A stretch of 64,000 nt of DNA, taken from the NCBI GenBank assembly GCA_032128115.1, contig JAQBHB010000022.1:13830-77829 (forward strand), in the 5' to 3' direction. The DNA is from Deltaproteobacteria bacterium (GTDB lineage Bacteria > Myxococcota_A > UBA9160 > SMWR01). Below the pieces are notes generated by a model. The model was not told the DNA's origin, ran no database searches, and saw nothing but the letters and a program-made list of their open reading frames with translations. This document shows positions 42,319-52,469 of the stretch, piece after piece; position 1 is the first letter of the stretch; each line of letters starts with the position of its first letter. The position numbers and the translations under genes were made by a program.

Positions 42319-42326
42319 TGCAGCCC

Positions 42327-42353
42327 CATCGGTCGCCCCGGCCCCTGTCGTGA
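42327..42353 (-). promoter_or_regulatory. Sigma28-like promoter motif upstream of IOR
   Basis: TCACG-N15-ACCGATG ending 8 nt before the ATG. Confidence 0.45.
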
Positions 42354-42529
42354 GTCACAGACGCCCCTGGGGGACGCGAATTCGAGGCGTTTCGATCGAT
42401 TCCGGGGATTTCCCTGCGTGCTGCTAGACTGGCGCCGCCGCAGCATCGGCGGGCTTCCCGCCAAGCCACCGGAAGCCACCGGAAGGCCGAAGGAATCGGA
42501 GTCGGGCCGAAGGAATCGAGAGGGACTCC

Positions 42530-43234
42530 ATGATCCGCGCTCTGGACATCGCAACCTCCGTTGGCGCCACGCTGGCCCGGCTCGGGATGGGCCGCGCGGT
42601 GGGGCCCCTGGGTCCGCGCCCCGAGCAGCCCCTGGATCTCTACGACTTCGAGGGTTGCCCCTATTGCCGGAAGGCCCGCGAGGCCCTGAGCATTCTCGAT
42701 CTGGAGGTGCGGGTGTTTCCATGCCCCAAGGGGGGATCGCTCTATCGCGACCAGATCCGGGCGCGAGGTGGCCGGGCCATGTTCCCCTACCTGGTGGACC
42801 CCAACACGGGCAAGGAGATGTACGAGTCCGACGACATCGTCAGCTACCTGTTCCGCGAGTACGGGGCGGGTACGGTTCCCTTTCTGCTGCGGCCGGGAGC
42901 GTTGACGCTCGGCACCTCGGCCCTGGCCTGCGCGTGGCGCCCCGGGCTCGGGATTCGCTACCGCCCGGCGCGCGCGCCCGAGCAGATGCTCGAGCTCTAC
43001 AGCTTCGAGGCGTCGCCGTTCTGCCGGATCGTGCGCGAGTGCCTGTCGAGCCTGGAGATCCCGTACCTCCTCCACAACGTGGCGAGCGGGAGTCCGGGCC
43101 GCGATGCCTTCGTGACGCGCTCCGGCAAGTCGATGGTTCCGTACCTGGTGGATCCGAACACCGGGACTGAAATGTTCGAGTCGGCGGACATCGTGCGCTA
43201 CCTGGAGCGCAGCTACGTCGACGCGCGCGACTGA
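42530..43234 (+). CDS. Tandem GST N-terminal/glutaredoxin-like domain protein
   Basis: Two repeats: CPYC...PYLVDPNTG...ESDDI and SPFC...PYLVDPNTG...ESADI. Confidence 0.9.
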   Translation: MIRALDIATSVGATLARLGMGRAVGPLGPRPEQPLDLYDFEGCPYCRKAREALSILDLEVRVFPCPKGGSLYRDQIRARGGRAMFPYLVDPNTGKEMYESDDIVSYLFREYGAGTVPFLLRPGALTLGTSALACAWRPGLGIRYRPARAPEQMLELYSFEASPFCRIVRECLSSLEIPYLLHNVASGSPGRDAFVTRSGKSMVPYLVDPNTGTEMFESADIVRYLERSYVDARD

Positions 43235-43253
43235 CGCGCGGCTTCGGGCGGCT

Positions 43254-43382
43254 CTACTCCAGGACGGCGATCACGTCGTCCTCGCGGATGATCAGGTGCT
43301 CTTTCCCGTCGATCAGGTGCTCTTTCCCGTCGATCAGGTGCTCTTTCCCGTCGATCTGGACTTCGGTACCCGCATATCGCAA
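43254..43382 (-). pseudogene. groES: 3' fragment of groES (Cpn10) with internal triplication
   Basis: RYAGTEVQI-(DGKEHLI)x3-IREDDVIAVLE* resembles the GroES C-terminus; N-terminal part absent; no groEL nearby. Confidence 0.85.
43290..43352 (+). repeat. Perfect 21-bp tandem repeat x3
   Basis: gatcaggtgctctttcccgtc at 43290, 43311, 43332. Confidence 0.95.
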
Positions 43383-44197
43383 TGATCCTCGTCCACCCGG
43401 ATCAGGCCCGCATCTACACCCAGAGCGACATGGACGCGGTGGAGACCCACGAAGTGGCGGGGGGGCTGGCGGCGGTCTTCTCCGTGTCCTGCCCGGGGCG
43501 TGATCGCCCCAACGAGGACGCAGCCGCACTGATTCCGTTCGCCTTCGGAGCCGGGGTGCTGGTGGTGGCCGACGGCCTGGGAGGCGTTCGCGATGGCGAG
43601 CAGGCCTCGAGTCTGGCGGTTCGGAGCCTGGATAAGGCGTTGGCGTCGGCGGCCCGGGACGGCATTCCCATGCGGACGGCGATCCTCGACGCCATCGAGA
43701 GCGCCAACCGGTCCGTCGCGGAGCTGGGGGCGGCCACGACGCTGGCGGTGGTGGAGATCCAGGATGGCTCGATCCGGCCCTACCACGTGGGCGACTCCAT
43801 GGTCCTGGTGATGGGGCAACGCGGCAAGCTGAAGCTGCAGACGGTCTCCCACTCTCCGGTGGGATTCGCGGTGGAGGCGGGTGTTCTCGACGAGACCGAA
43901 GCCATGCACCACGAAGACCGTCACCTGGTGTCGAACGTACTTGGCGCGGCGGACATGCGCATCGAGGTGGGCGCCCCGCTGGCCCTCGCCGGCCGCGACA
44001 CGCTGCTGCTCAGCAGCGACGGGCTGCTGGACAACCTGCACATCGCCGAGGTGGTGGATCGCGTGCGCAAGGGGCCGCTCGCGACGGGGATGCGTCAGCT
44101 GGCCGACCTCTCCCTGCAGCGCATGACCCACCCCACCGCCGGCGAGCCCTCGAAGCCCGACGACCTCACGTTCGTCGCCTTTCGCCTCTCGGCCTAG
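43382..44197 (+). CDS. PP2C-family protein phosphatase
   Basis: NEDA, VADGLGG, HVGDS, SDGL, DDLT. Confidence 0.9.
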   Translation: MILVHPDQARIYTQSDMDAVETHEVAGGLAAVFSVSCPGRDRPNEDAAALIPFAFGAGVLVVADGLGGVRDGEQASSLAVRSLDKALASAARDGIPMRTAILDAIESANRSVAELGAATTLAVVEIQDGSIRPYHVGDSMVLVMGQRGKLKLQTVSHSPVGFAVEAGVLDETEAMHHEDRHLVSNVLGAADMRIEVGAPLALAGRDTLLLSSDGLLDNLHIAEVVDRVRKGPLATGMRQLADLSLQRMTHPTAGEPSKPDDLTFVAFRLSA

Positions 44198-45156
44198 AGC
44201 AGCGCGCCGAGCCTCTCGATGGTGCGCCGGGCCTCGTCGACCACGCTGGTGACGATCTCGGCACAAGAGGCGATGCCGAGGATGGACCCGGCCCCCTGTC
44301 CGCACGGCATGCAGGCGCGGTCCGTGTCGATGTGACTGATGTCGCTGGCGGTGAGCGCCAGCACGCCCAACGCGGCAGACGCTGCCATCTGCTGCGGAAA
44401 GGGCGCCACCTCTTCGGAGCGCTGATCCCAGTCCTCCACGTACCGGTTGCGGATCACGCGCATGGGTTTGCCCGAATAGCAGCGGGTGATCGACGTCTCC
44501 GGCGCCCCGATCTCCGTGATGCGTTTCTTGTAGCCCTCGGCCGCGCGCGCCTCGTGCGAGGCGATGAAGCGCGTGCCCATCCACACGCCCTGGGCGCCGA
44601 ACGCCAACGCTGCCGCCAGCCCGCGGCCGTCCACCAGTCCGCCGGCAGCGAGCACGGGAATATCGACTGCGTCCACCACCTGGGGGATCAGGGCGATGCC
44701 GCCGATCGATCCGGTGTGGCCGCCCGCCTCGGTGCCCTGGGCCACCACCACGTCGCAGCCCGCCTGCTCCGCGCGCACCGCGTGCGAGACCTTGCCGCAC
44801 AGGCTCATCACCTTGACGCCGGCTCGGTGGCAGCGGTCTACCACGGCCTCGGGCACGCCCAGACCGGCGATGAAGGCGTTGGCCCCCTCGTCGATGATCA
44901 CGTCGATGGCCGCCAGCATCTGGTCGGGGAGTGCGGCCAGCAGGTCGACGCCGAAGGGTTTGTCCGTGTGCTTGCGCACCTGGCGCATCTGGTCGCGAAT
45001 GCCCTCGGGGCCAACCCCCGCCATCCCGAGCGTTCCGAAGCCGCCGGCCTCCGAGACGGCAGTGCACACCTCGGCGTACGCGACTCCGCCCATGCCCGCA
45101 AGGAACACGGGCACCTCGATGCCGAACATCTCACAGATGGGTGTGCGTAAAGTCAT
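44194..45156 (-). CDS. Nitronate monooxygenase / FabK-like flavoenzyme
   Basis: AGMGGV, KPFGVD, QGTEAGGH, AAGG, MGTRF, GQGAG. Confidence 0.9.
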   Translation of the reverse strand: MTLRTPICEMFGIEVPVFLAGMGGVAYAEVCTAVSEAGGFGTLGMAGVGPEGIRDQMRQVRKHTDKPFGVDLLAALPDQMLAAIDVIIDEGANAFIAGLGVPEAVVDRCHRAGVKVMSLCGKVSHAVRAEQAGCDVVVAQGTEAGGHTGSIGGIALIPQVVDAVDIPVLAAGGLVDGRGLAAALAFGAQGVWMGTRFIASHEARAAEGYKKRITEIGAPETSITRCYSGKPMRVIRNRYVEDWDQRSEEVAPFPQQMAASAALGVLALTASDISHIDTDRACMPCGQGAGSILGIASCAEIVTSVVDEARRTIERLGALL

Positions 45157-45192
45157 GCGTCCTCCGCCCTCTGATGACCCGGAATGGAAATA

Positions 45193-46548
45193 CTAAACCA
45201 TTCGATCCAGCAGCAGGGTCGCGATTCCCAGGAAGGAGAAGAAGGCGAATACATCGGTAAACGTGGTCACGATCACACCCGATCCCAGCGCCGGGTCGAG
45301 CCGCACCGCCTTGAGCGCCAGGGGCACCGCGGCACCCAGCAGGCCGGCGACCGACATGCTGATCAGCAGTGCCAGGAACAGCGCCAGCCCCAGCCACGGT
45401 CCGCCCAACCACAGATAGGCGAAGGCGGCGCTCACCGCGCCGGTGAGCGCCCCCATGATCAGCCCCACCGACAGCTCCTTGGCGGCGGCGCGAAGCCCGC
45501 TGGAGAACTCGATCTCGTTCAGGGCGATTGCGCGGGTGATCACCGTCAACGCCTGGGTACCGCCGTTGCCGGCCATGCCGGCGACTACCGGCATGAACAC
45601 GGCCAGGGCGACCACCTGCTCGAGCGTGCGCTCGAACAACCCCACCACCCAGGCGGCCAGGAAGCACGTCAGAAGGTTCACCAGCATCCAGGGCAGGCGC
45701 GAGCGCACCGAGAGGTGGGTCGGACTGAAGACCCGGTCCTGTTCCGAGAGTCCCGCCAGGTGGTAGATGTCTTCGGTGGCCTCTTCGGTAATCACGTCGA
45801 TCACGTCGTCCACGGTGATCACGCCGAGCATGCGGTGGTCCACGTCGGTCACGGGCACGGCCAACAGGTCGTACCGGCGCACTACCCGGGCCACTTCTTC
45901 CTGGTCGTCATCGGCGCGCACGCTCACCGGATCGGGGATCATCAACTCCCCGATGCTGCGATCCGGGGCCGCCGCGACCAGGCGTCGGATGGGCACCACT
46001 CCGCGCAGGGTACGCTGATCGTCCACTACGTAGAGGTAGAGGATGGCCTCCTCGTCCTCGCTCCCGGCGGATCGGATCGAATCGATCGCTTCCTGCGCGG
46101 TCATCTTCTCCTCGAGCGCAACGAAGCGGGTGGTCATGACGCGACCGGCGCTGGCCTCGTTGTAGAGTCCGGCCCGGTGCAGCTCCGCCCGCTTGGAATC
46201 GGGCATGCGCTCCACCACGTCGGGCCGCCGCTCCTCGGGGATCGACTCCACCATCTCCAGCCGGTCGTCGATCTCGAGCCGACCGAGCACGTCTGCCAGA
46301 CGCTGGTCCGTCAGCATCTCGAGCACCTGCGGCAGCATCTCGGGCGGGATCTCCTTCAGGGTCCGGGCGGCGCGTCGTCGCCGGAACAGGAGCTCGATCA
46401 CGGTGCGGATCTCATCGGGGCTCAGACCCGATAGGAGCGGGGCGATGTCGGCAGGGGGCATCCGCGCGAGCAGACGCTCGGCACGTGTGGTGACGCCGCT
46501 GGCCAGAAGCCGGCGCAGGATTCGAGTGGTGACTTCAGGTGTCGCCAT
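45193..46548 (-). CDS. mgtE: Magnesium transporter MgtE
   Basis: Two CBS domains, RLPWM, GNGGTQ, DPALGSG, TTFTDV. Confidence 0.95.
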   Translation of the reverse strand: MATPEVTTRILRRLLASGVTTRAERLLARMPPADIAPLLSGLSPDEIRTVIELLFRRRRAARTLKEIPPEMLPQVLEMLTDQRLADVLGRLEIDDRLEMVESIPEERRPDVVERMPDSKRAELHRAGLYNEASAGRVMTTRFVALEEKMTAQEAIDSIRSAGSEDEEAILYLYVVDDQRTLRGVVPIRRLVAAAPDRSIGELMIPDPVSVRADDDQEEVARVVRRYDLLAVPVTDVDHRMLGVITVDDVIDVITEEATEDIYHLAGLSEQDRVFSPTHLSVRSRLPWMLVNLLTCFLAAWVVGLFERTLEQVVALAVFMPVVAGMAGNGGTQALTVITRAIALNEIEFSSGLRAAAKELSVGLIMGALTGAVSAAFAYLWLGGPWLGLALFLALLISMSVAGLLGAAVPLALKAVRLDPALGSGVIVTTFTDVFAFFSFLGIATLLLDRMV

Positions 46549-46688
46549 TCCGCAGGTCCCCGATTCCGCCGCCGGGGCCCGGGTTGGCTCAGGCGATCGG
46601 AATCCGCGTTGGACGGTTCGGTTGGGGGTCCGGTCGCATGCTTCCCTGGACTCGCCTTACTCGTGGATGAACCCGACGATTACCGCAC

Positions 46689-46715
46689 TTTCGGTCGATT
46701 GGCGAGTACGCTGGA
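46689..46715 (-). promoter_or_regulatory. Sigma28-like promoter motif upstream of mgtE
   Basis: TCCAG-N15-ACCGAAA. Confidence 0.35.
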
Positions 46716-46748
46716 AGGGCTCTGATAGGATCCGCACCGGAGGTCGAC

Positions 46749-49619
46749 GTGACTGCCCACCTCGTCGTCGTTCCCCACACCCACTGGGACCGGGAATGGT
46801 ATCGGACGCGCGAACAGTTCCGGTTCCGACTGGTCCGGCTCCTCGACGGGCTGCTCGATCTGCTGGACCGCGACCCGGAGTTCCGCCACTTCACCCTGGA
46901 CGGTCAGCTGGTGGTGGTGGACGACTACCTGGAGGTGCGCCCGGAGGCGCGCCAACGGCTGGCCGCGCACGTGCGCAGTGGCCGGCTGCTGGTGGGACCC
47001 TGGTACGTGCTGCCGGACGAATGGTTGGTCTCGGGCGAGGCGCTGATCCGCAACCTGCGACTCGGGCTGGAGCGCGCGTCGCTGCTGGGCGGCGCCATGC
47101 AGATCGGCTACGTGCCGGATCAGTTCGGCCACGTGGGTCAGCTTCCCCAGATCTTCGCCGGCTTCGGGTTCGACGCGGCCGTCCTGTGGCGCGGGGTGGG
47201 GCACGACGTAGCGGAGACGTTGTTCCGCTGGGAGTCCCCCGACGGTTCGGGCATCGACGCGGTGTACCTGGTGCACGGCTACGGCAACGCCATGCACCTG
47301 CCCCTGGAACGCGACGCATTGGCGGCCCGCCTGCAGGCGGTGGTGGGGGCCCTGAAGCAGCACTCGCGCGTTCCCAGCCTGCTGCTCATGAACGGCAGCG
47401 ACCACCTGGAGCCGCAGCCGGGCCTTCCGGCCGCGCTGGCGGAGGCGGTGCCGCGGCTCGGGGACGCGAGCTTCGAGATCTCGACGCTGCCAGCATTCGT
47501 CGAGCGCGCACGGCGCGAGGTTTCGGGATCCCTGCCGCTCCACCGGGGCGAGCTGCGCTCGGGGCTGCGTTCGCCGCTGCTCGAGGGCTGCGCCTCGTCG
47601 CGGGCCGCACACAAGCGGATGGATTTCGCGAACGATCGCCTGCTCACGGCGTATGTGGAGCCGCTCTCTGCCTGGCTCCAGGCGCTCGGAGGCGATGCGG
47701 ACCCGGGCATGATCGCGCTGGCCTGGCGCATCGCGCTGGAGAACCACCCCCACGACTCGATCTGCGGCTGCTCCATCGACGCCGTTCACGACGAGATGGA
47801 CGTGCGTTTCGCCCGAGTCGATCAGATCGCCCAGAGCCATCTGCGGCGCGTGGCTGGCGAGCTGGCGCGACGGGTAGCGACGTCGGTGGACGGGCCCGGC
47901 GATCGCATCGTGGTCTGGAACCCGGGCGCGGCGGGACGCGTCGCCGTCGAGGGCGAGCTCGAACTCGACCTTTCCACGGCGGGCCGGACCGGACGCGCCA
48001 TCGCCGTGCATGTGCGCAACGCGGCGGGCCAGCGCATCCCGGCACACGCGGAGATCGTCGAGGCGGGCCGCGTGGAGGCCGCCTACACCCTGGAGCCCGG
48101 GGGCGCACGGGTCGTGGTGAACGGCTTCCCGCCGGAATTCATGGGGCAGTGGGTGCGCTCGCTGCGCTGGTGTCGGCGGGGCGACCGCTTGCTCGTGGAC
48201 CTGGTGCTTGGATCCGACCCGCGGACCGGCTTCGATGGGGTGGCCGCCCGGGCCGCCTTCTGTCGGGCGCTCGATGAAGAAGCCGTGGGTCAGGTGGAAT
48301 TCCGGGCCCTGCGTCTGCCGCGCGTCGCCGTGCGCTTCGCCGACGAATTGCCGGGCTGTGGGCTTCGCGAGTATCGCGTCGTGAAGGGACGTGCCGGTCG
48401 CGAGCCCCTTTTGTCCGAGACCACGCCCGACGGCGGCGCCGCCATCGAAAATCGCGACTGGCGAATCCAGGTGGACCCGGAAGGTCGGGTGTGCTGCATC
48501 CACCGGGCCTCGGGCGCCCGCATCGAGGACGCGGTGCGACTCGTGAGCGAGGGGGATCGGGGCGATTCCTACAACTTCGATCCGGTGCCGGGGGACTCGG
48601 CGGTCGAGCGGCCGAAGTCGGTCCGCGTGCGGCTCGCGGCGTCGTCCGAAGCCCAGGTGGGGATACGGATCGAGGCCCGCTATCGGGTTCCGCGACAGCT
48701 CGAACCCGGCCGCGACCGGCGCTCGTCCCGAGAAACCTGGCTTCCCGTGCAACTGCTCTTGCGCCTCGGTCGCGATCTCGACCGGGTGGATCTCGAGATC
48801 GACGCGGACAACACGGCCCGCGATCATCGTCTGCGCGTTCACGTGCGGGCTCCGTTTTCCGCCACGCGCTTCGAGGTGGAGTCGGCCTTCGAGGTGGCCG
48901 AGCGGCCCATCGACCCGGCCCCCGGCGATTTCGGAAGCGCGCGGCCTGCGGAGTTTCCCATCGGCGCTACGCCCCAGCGGCGCTTCGCCACCCTCTCCGG
49001 GGACGAGGTGGCACTCACGCTGGCGAATCGGGGCTGCGCCGAGGTGGAGGCAGTGAGCGAGCCGGAAGGATGCTCGTCGCTGGCCGTCACGTTGCTTCGA
49101 GCCACGGGCTGGTTGTCTCGCCAGGATCTGGCACTTCGCCCGGGCCATGCGGGGCCGCCCCTGGAGATCCCCGGTGCCCAGGTTCCGGGTCCCCACCGGG
49201 TGGAACTCTCGTGGCGGCTGCACCCGCCGGGCGATCCATCGCGCATTCCCGCGGCGCTCCACTTCGCCTGTCCCGCGTGGGCGTTCGCCGGTGAAGGGGA
49301 CGACGGGGCGCCGCTGGCGGACGGCGCACGTCTGCTCCAGGTGGACGATCCCCAGGTGATCGTCTCGGCGATCGAGCCGCGAGCGGATGGCGCGGCGTCG
49401 CTGCGCGTCTTCAACGCCGGGCGCGTGCCGGTGCGCACGCCGGTGACCTGGAACGGTCCCGGCGCCCGGAGCCTCGCCGTCGTGGATCTGGCGGGGCGAC
49501 CGATCGATTCCGCGGATTTCGAGCCCGGCGATGGCGCGACGGGAACCTTGTCCCTGCGCGCGGGACAGATCCTCACCCTGTGCGCAGGCCCGGGCCCAAA
49601 GAACGTCCTCTCCCGGTAA
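46749..49619 (+). CDS. Glycoside hydrolase family 38 (alpha-mannosidase)
   Basis: HTHWDREWY, LDGQ, GPWY...SGE, PDQFGH, NGSDH, HDSICGCS; SD GGAGG before GTG. Confidence 0.93.
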   Translation: MTAHLVVVPHTHWDREWYRTREQFRFRLVRLLDGLLDLLDRDPEFRHFTLDGQLVVVDDYLEVRPEARQRLAAHVRSGRLLVGPWYVLPDEWLVSGEALIRNLRLGLERASLLGGAMQIGYVPDQFGHVGQLPQIFAGFGFDAAVLWRGVGHDVAETLFRWESPDGSGIDAVYLVHGYGNAMHLPLERDALAARLQAVVGALKQHSRVPSLLLMNGSDHLEPQPGLPAALAEAVPRLGDASFEISTLPAFVERARREVSGSLPLHRGELRSGLRSPLLEGCASSRAAHKRMDFANDRLLTAYVEPLSAWLQALGGDADPGMIALAWRIALENHPHDSICGCSIDAVHDEMDVRFARVDQIAQSHLRRVAGELARRVATSVDGPGDRIVVWNPGAAGRVAVEGELELDLSTAGRTGRAIAVHVRNAAGQRIPAHAEIVEAGRVEAAYTLEPGGARVVVNGFPPEFMGQWVRSLRWCRRGDRLLVDLVLGSDPRTGFDGVAARAAFCRALDEEAVGQVEFRALRLPRVAVRFADELPGCGLREYRVVKGRAGREPLLSETTPDGGAAIENRDWRIQVDPEGRVCCIHRASGARIEDAVRLVSEGDRGDSYNFDPVPGDSAVERPKSVRVRLAASSEAQVGIRIEARYRVPRQLEPGRDRRSSRETWLPVQLLLRLGRDLDRVDLEIDADNTARDHRLRVHVRAPFSATRFEVESAFEVAERPIDPAPGDFGSARPAEFPIGATPQRRFATLSGDEVALTLANRGCAEVEAVSEPEGCSSLAVTLLRATGWLSRQDLALRPGHAGPPLEIPGAQVPGPHRVELSWRLHPPGDPSRIPAALHFACPAWAFAGEGDDGAPLADGARLLQVDDPQVIVSAIEPRADGAASLRVFNAGRVPVRTPVTWNGPGARSLAVVDLAGRPIDSADFEPGDGATGTLSLRAGQILTLCAGPGPKNVLSR

Positions 49620-49643
49620 AGCTGCCGTCGGGCAGGCCCGATG
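49617..49643 (+). promoter_or_regulatory. Sigma28-like promoter motif upstream of the exported protein/beta-barrel pair
   Basis: TAAAG-N15-CCCGATG. Confidence 0.45.
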
Positions 49644-49692
49644 AACAAGGCGAGTCGCCCCCCCTGAACTCCTCAGGCTCCGGGGGCTTGTC

Positions 49693-51033
49693 GTGTCGCG
49701 CGCGAATTACAGACGTACTGGAAGATTGCAATCCCGTCCGAGCCTGCTGGCTGCGTTCGCCGTCTTCGCGGCGACGCTGGGCGCTGCGGGGTCGGAATCG
49801 CTGCTGCTCCTAGGGGCGCGCTCCGAGGGAAGTCGGCGCGTCATCATGCAGGACGAGTGGGCCCTGAGCCTGGCCGATATCCTGGGCTTCGACGCCGCAC
49901 TCGGAGAGCATGATGGAGGCCCGGAGGCATTCGGCCTGTTGTGCCCCGATCAGTTGGAACGCGTCACCGACTCCGGCGGACGCCGCGTGGGTGCGCGGTC
50001 GCCGCTGGACGTCCCCGTCGATCTGTCGGCGCCCCGGCGGCCGGGCGAGGGCGTTCGGGTCGTGGTGAACATTCCGGCTCCCGCCCTGTACCGGTTGTCG
50101 GTGGAAGGCGCGGGCGCACAGCGCTGGAGCGTGGACGGTCGCACCCTGGATCACCTGGATCCGGCTGCACTGGGCGTGGCTCATGCCTCGCTGCTGGTTC
50201 CGCTTCGCAGCGGTCCCCACGAGCTGACGGCTCAGCTGGGCCGGGGCGCGCGTGTGGATCGGGCCGAACTCAATGCCTATCGCGCCCTGTGCCTGGCGCC
50301 GGCCGAGGGCTGGCGCGGCGGCCAGCCCCTGCGCGACGGCGATCGCGCCCGCACGCTGGTGCAGGCCATGGGCGTCGAGAACCGGCTTCCCGCAGCGGGC
50401 GCCGCCATCGAGATCGAGGGGGAACGCTTCGAGTCGGCGTCGGCCTGGGGTGCGCGCAGCGGCCGTCGCCTGGAAGACCCTGCTTCGGCAGACGGCTGGG
50501 CCGTCGCGGCAGGCAGTCCGGCCGAATTCACCTATCGCATACGCCTGAACGAGCCCGGTGTGTTTTCGATCGAGGCGCGCGTAAAGGGTGACGCGCCCCA
50601 GGTGTGGTCCATCGATGGGCGCTACCGCATCGTGTTGCACCCGCAGGGCCGCGCGGGGGGCCTTACCTGGAATTTTGTCGCGGCCTTGCCGCTGGCGGCC
50701 GGAATCCACGCAATTCGAACGCTGGTGGCGCGCACAGCGGGCATCGACGTGATCCGCCTGGTGCCGCGGCGCGCCTCGGACTCGGACTACATGACCCTGG
50801 CCGAGTCCCTGGGTCTCTCGGTTGGCGCGCCCGGACGCCTGGTGACGCGGTCGCGCGCCGACGCCGACCTGTCGCACCCGGCCTTCCTGCACGCTGTGGG
50901 CGAAGGCGCCGGTGCCAACCGCCTCGTGCGCGGCGTCGCGGCTCGGCGTCCCGATGCGCCGCTTCCCCCGGGCGCCGACAACCGACCGCTGGGGCCGATG
51001 CCGCTTCCCCCCGTCATCCCGTCGGAGATCTGA
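49693..51033 (+). CDS. Hypothetical exported protein with two repeated beta-rich (CBM-like) modules
   Basis: Hydrophobic N-terminus; repeats QRWSVDG...LRSGPHEL and QVWSIDG...LAAGIHAI; start uncertain. Confidence 0.6.
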   Translation: MSRANYRRTGRLQSRPSLLAAFAVFAATLGAAGSESLLLLGARSEGSRRVIMQDEWALSLADILGFDAALGEHDGGPEAFGLLCPDQLERVTDSGGRRVGARSPLDVPVDLSAPRRPGEGVRVVVNIPAPALYRLSVEGAGAQRWSVDGRTLDHLDPAALGVAHASLLVPLRSGPHELTAQLGRGARVDRAELNAYRALCLAPAEGWRGGQPLRDGDRARTLVQAMGVENRLPAAGAAIEIEGERFESASAWGARSGRRLEDPASADGWAVAAGSPAEFTYRIRLNEPGVFSIEARVKGDAPQVWSIDGRYRIVLHPQGRAGGLTWNFVAALPLAAGIHAIRTLVARTAGIDVIRLVPRRASDSDYMTLAESLGLSVGAPGRLVTRSRADADLSHPAFLHAVGEGAGANRLVRGVAARRPDAPLPPGADNRPLGPMPLPPVIPSEI

Positions 51034-52235
51034 TGAGGGCGTACTTCGTCGGCCCGCTTCCGCGATTCCTGGTTTCTTCCGCCGTGACGCTGGGAATGGC
51101 CGCCTCTGCTGCCGCGGGTGAGGGCGACGACCAGCATTTCAGCTGGCGTCCGTCGCTCGCCGTCGCCACGGTCTATGACGACAACCCCCGCTTCCAACAC
51201 GCCAGCCTGGGTCCGGACGCAAGCTACGCCAGCTGGATCCAGCCGCGCGTCGAACTCCACTACACGACGCCCGCACTGGAGCTGGGCGCGGATCTGGGTG
51301 CCGACGCCCGCATCGACCTGAGCGATTCGTCGCTGTCCGAGCAGTTCTATCGCCTCAGTGGATTCGCCGAGCTGGGTCTGCTGCCCGGGATCAGCCTGCG
51401 CCTGTCCGAGTCCTACGTCCCGGTGCCGCGCCAGCTGGGCAGGCCCGAGGACGACACGGGCAACCTGGTGCAGAGCCAGCGCGCGGCACTGGACCTGCAC
51501 TACTGGCGCGAGCTGAGCGGCTCCCGTGAGATCGAGGTGGGGGTCCGCGGCGCCTATTTCACCAGCGATGGCTTCCGGGCGGTGATTCCCGCCGGGGGTG
51601 GCGGCAACGTGGTGGACCCGAACTTCCAGGCCGACTTCTGGGAGGGCGCTGGCTACCTGGAGGTCCAGGGGCCCGTCTCGGCCCGCGAGTCGGTCTTCGC
51701 GCTGGGGCAGGCGGGCTATCGCGACTACAGCGACAGCCGCCGGTCGGCCCATACCGATGCATCCGTCCAGGTGGGCCTGCGGTCCCGCCGCTTCCGCGGC
51801 GCCCAGCTGGAGCTGGCGGGCGGCTATGGCCTGCTGGCGTTCCAGAGCGGCGGCGATCAGCACGCCTTCCTGGGCCACGCGACCCTGGACTACCAGATGC
51901 CGCGCGGCTTTCGCGGGTTGCTGTCGGTGGCCAACGAGTTCGCGGCCAACCTGGCGGGCAACGAGGTGGTCCAGACCATCGGCCGTGCCAGACTCGAAAA
52001 GCGACTGGGTGAGCGCACCGGGGCCAGCGCCCAGGGCGTGCTGGCCCGTTATGAGGACGAGGCCTACGGACGTCAGCAGAGTGTGTATGCCGGCGCTGAA
52101 TTCCAGCTCTGGCGCGATCTCACGCGCCACAGCCGTGTCGAACTCGACTACCGGTACTGGTGGAACGATGCGGACGAAACGGCCAATGCCTTTCGCCAGA
52201 ATCGGGTGATGCTGCGCTTCGTGTTGCACCGCTGA
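51033..52235 (+). CDS. Outer-membrane beta-barrel protein (BBP2/polysaccharide-export-porin-like)
   Basis: Signal peptide, YDDN early motif, alternating aromatic beta strands, terminal QNRVMLRFVLHR; TGATG coupling. Confidence 0.7.
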   Translation: MRAYFVGPLPRFLVSSAVTLGMAASAAAGEGDDQHFSWRPSLAVATVYDDNPRFQHASLGPDASYASWIQPRVELHYTTPALELGADLGADARIDLSDSSLSEQFYRLSGFAELGLLPGISLRLSESYVPVPRQLGRPEDDTGNLVQSQRAALDLHYWRELSGSREIEVGVRGAYFTSDGFRAVIPAGGGGNVVDPNFQADFWEGAGYLEVQGPVSARESVFALGQAGYRDYSDSRRSAHTDASVQVGLRSRRFRGAQLELAGGYGLLAFQSGGDQHAFLGHATLDYQMPRGFRGLLSVANEFAANLAGNEVVQTIGRARLEKRLGERTGASAQGVLARYEDEAYGRQQSVYAGAEFQLWRDLTRHSRVELDYRYWWNDADETANAFRQNRVMLRFVLHR

Positions 52236-52280
52236 GAACCCGCGTCCCCCGAACAGGGTATTGATTTCCCCACGGGGCCG

Positions 52281-52307
52281 TCAGGCCTCGGCGCGACCGA
52301 TCCGAAC
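52281..52307 (+). promoter_or_regulatory. Sigma28-like promoter motif upstream of khpA
   Basis: TCAGG-N15-TCCGAAC. Confidence 0.35.
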
Positions 52308-52469
52308 TACGCAAGTTCTTGATCCGCCCCATTGTTTTCACGTCGTTTTGGGATGCCCTTGGGGGTACACTCCACTCGCATCAGTTGATTCTGTGGTGCC
52401 GCGGCCGGGGGGGCCCGGGCCGAGTTGCAGCCCGGTACCGCGGTCTTCGAAGCTGAGGCGGAGGGTTCC

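Noticed and set aside
43290..43352. 21-bp repeats as a CRISPR array
   Set aside because: Copies are contiguous with no spacers, encode GroES-like sequence, and no cas genes are present
46549..46748. M-box (ykoK) riboswitch upstream of mgtE
   Set aside because: I could not find the conserved M-box core by eye; an Infernal search would settle it
35902..49262. Antisense or off-frame ORFs 35902..38790, 46193..48277, 46680..49262
   Set aside because: Mirror frames of the protease and GH38 genes with no domain signatures
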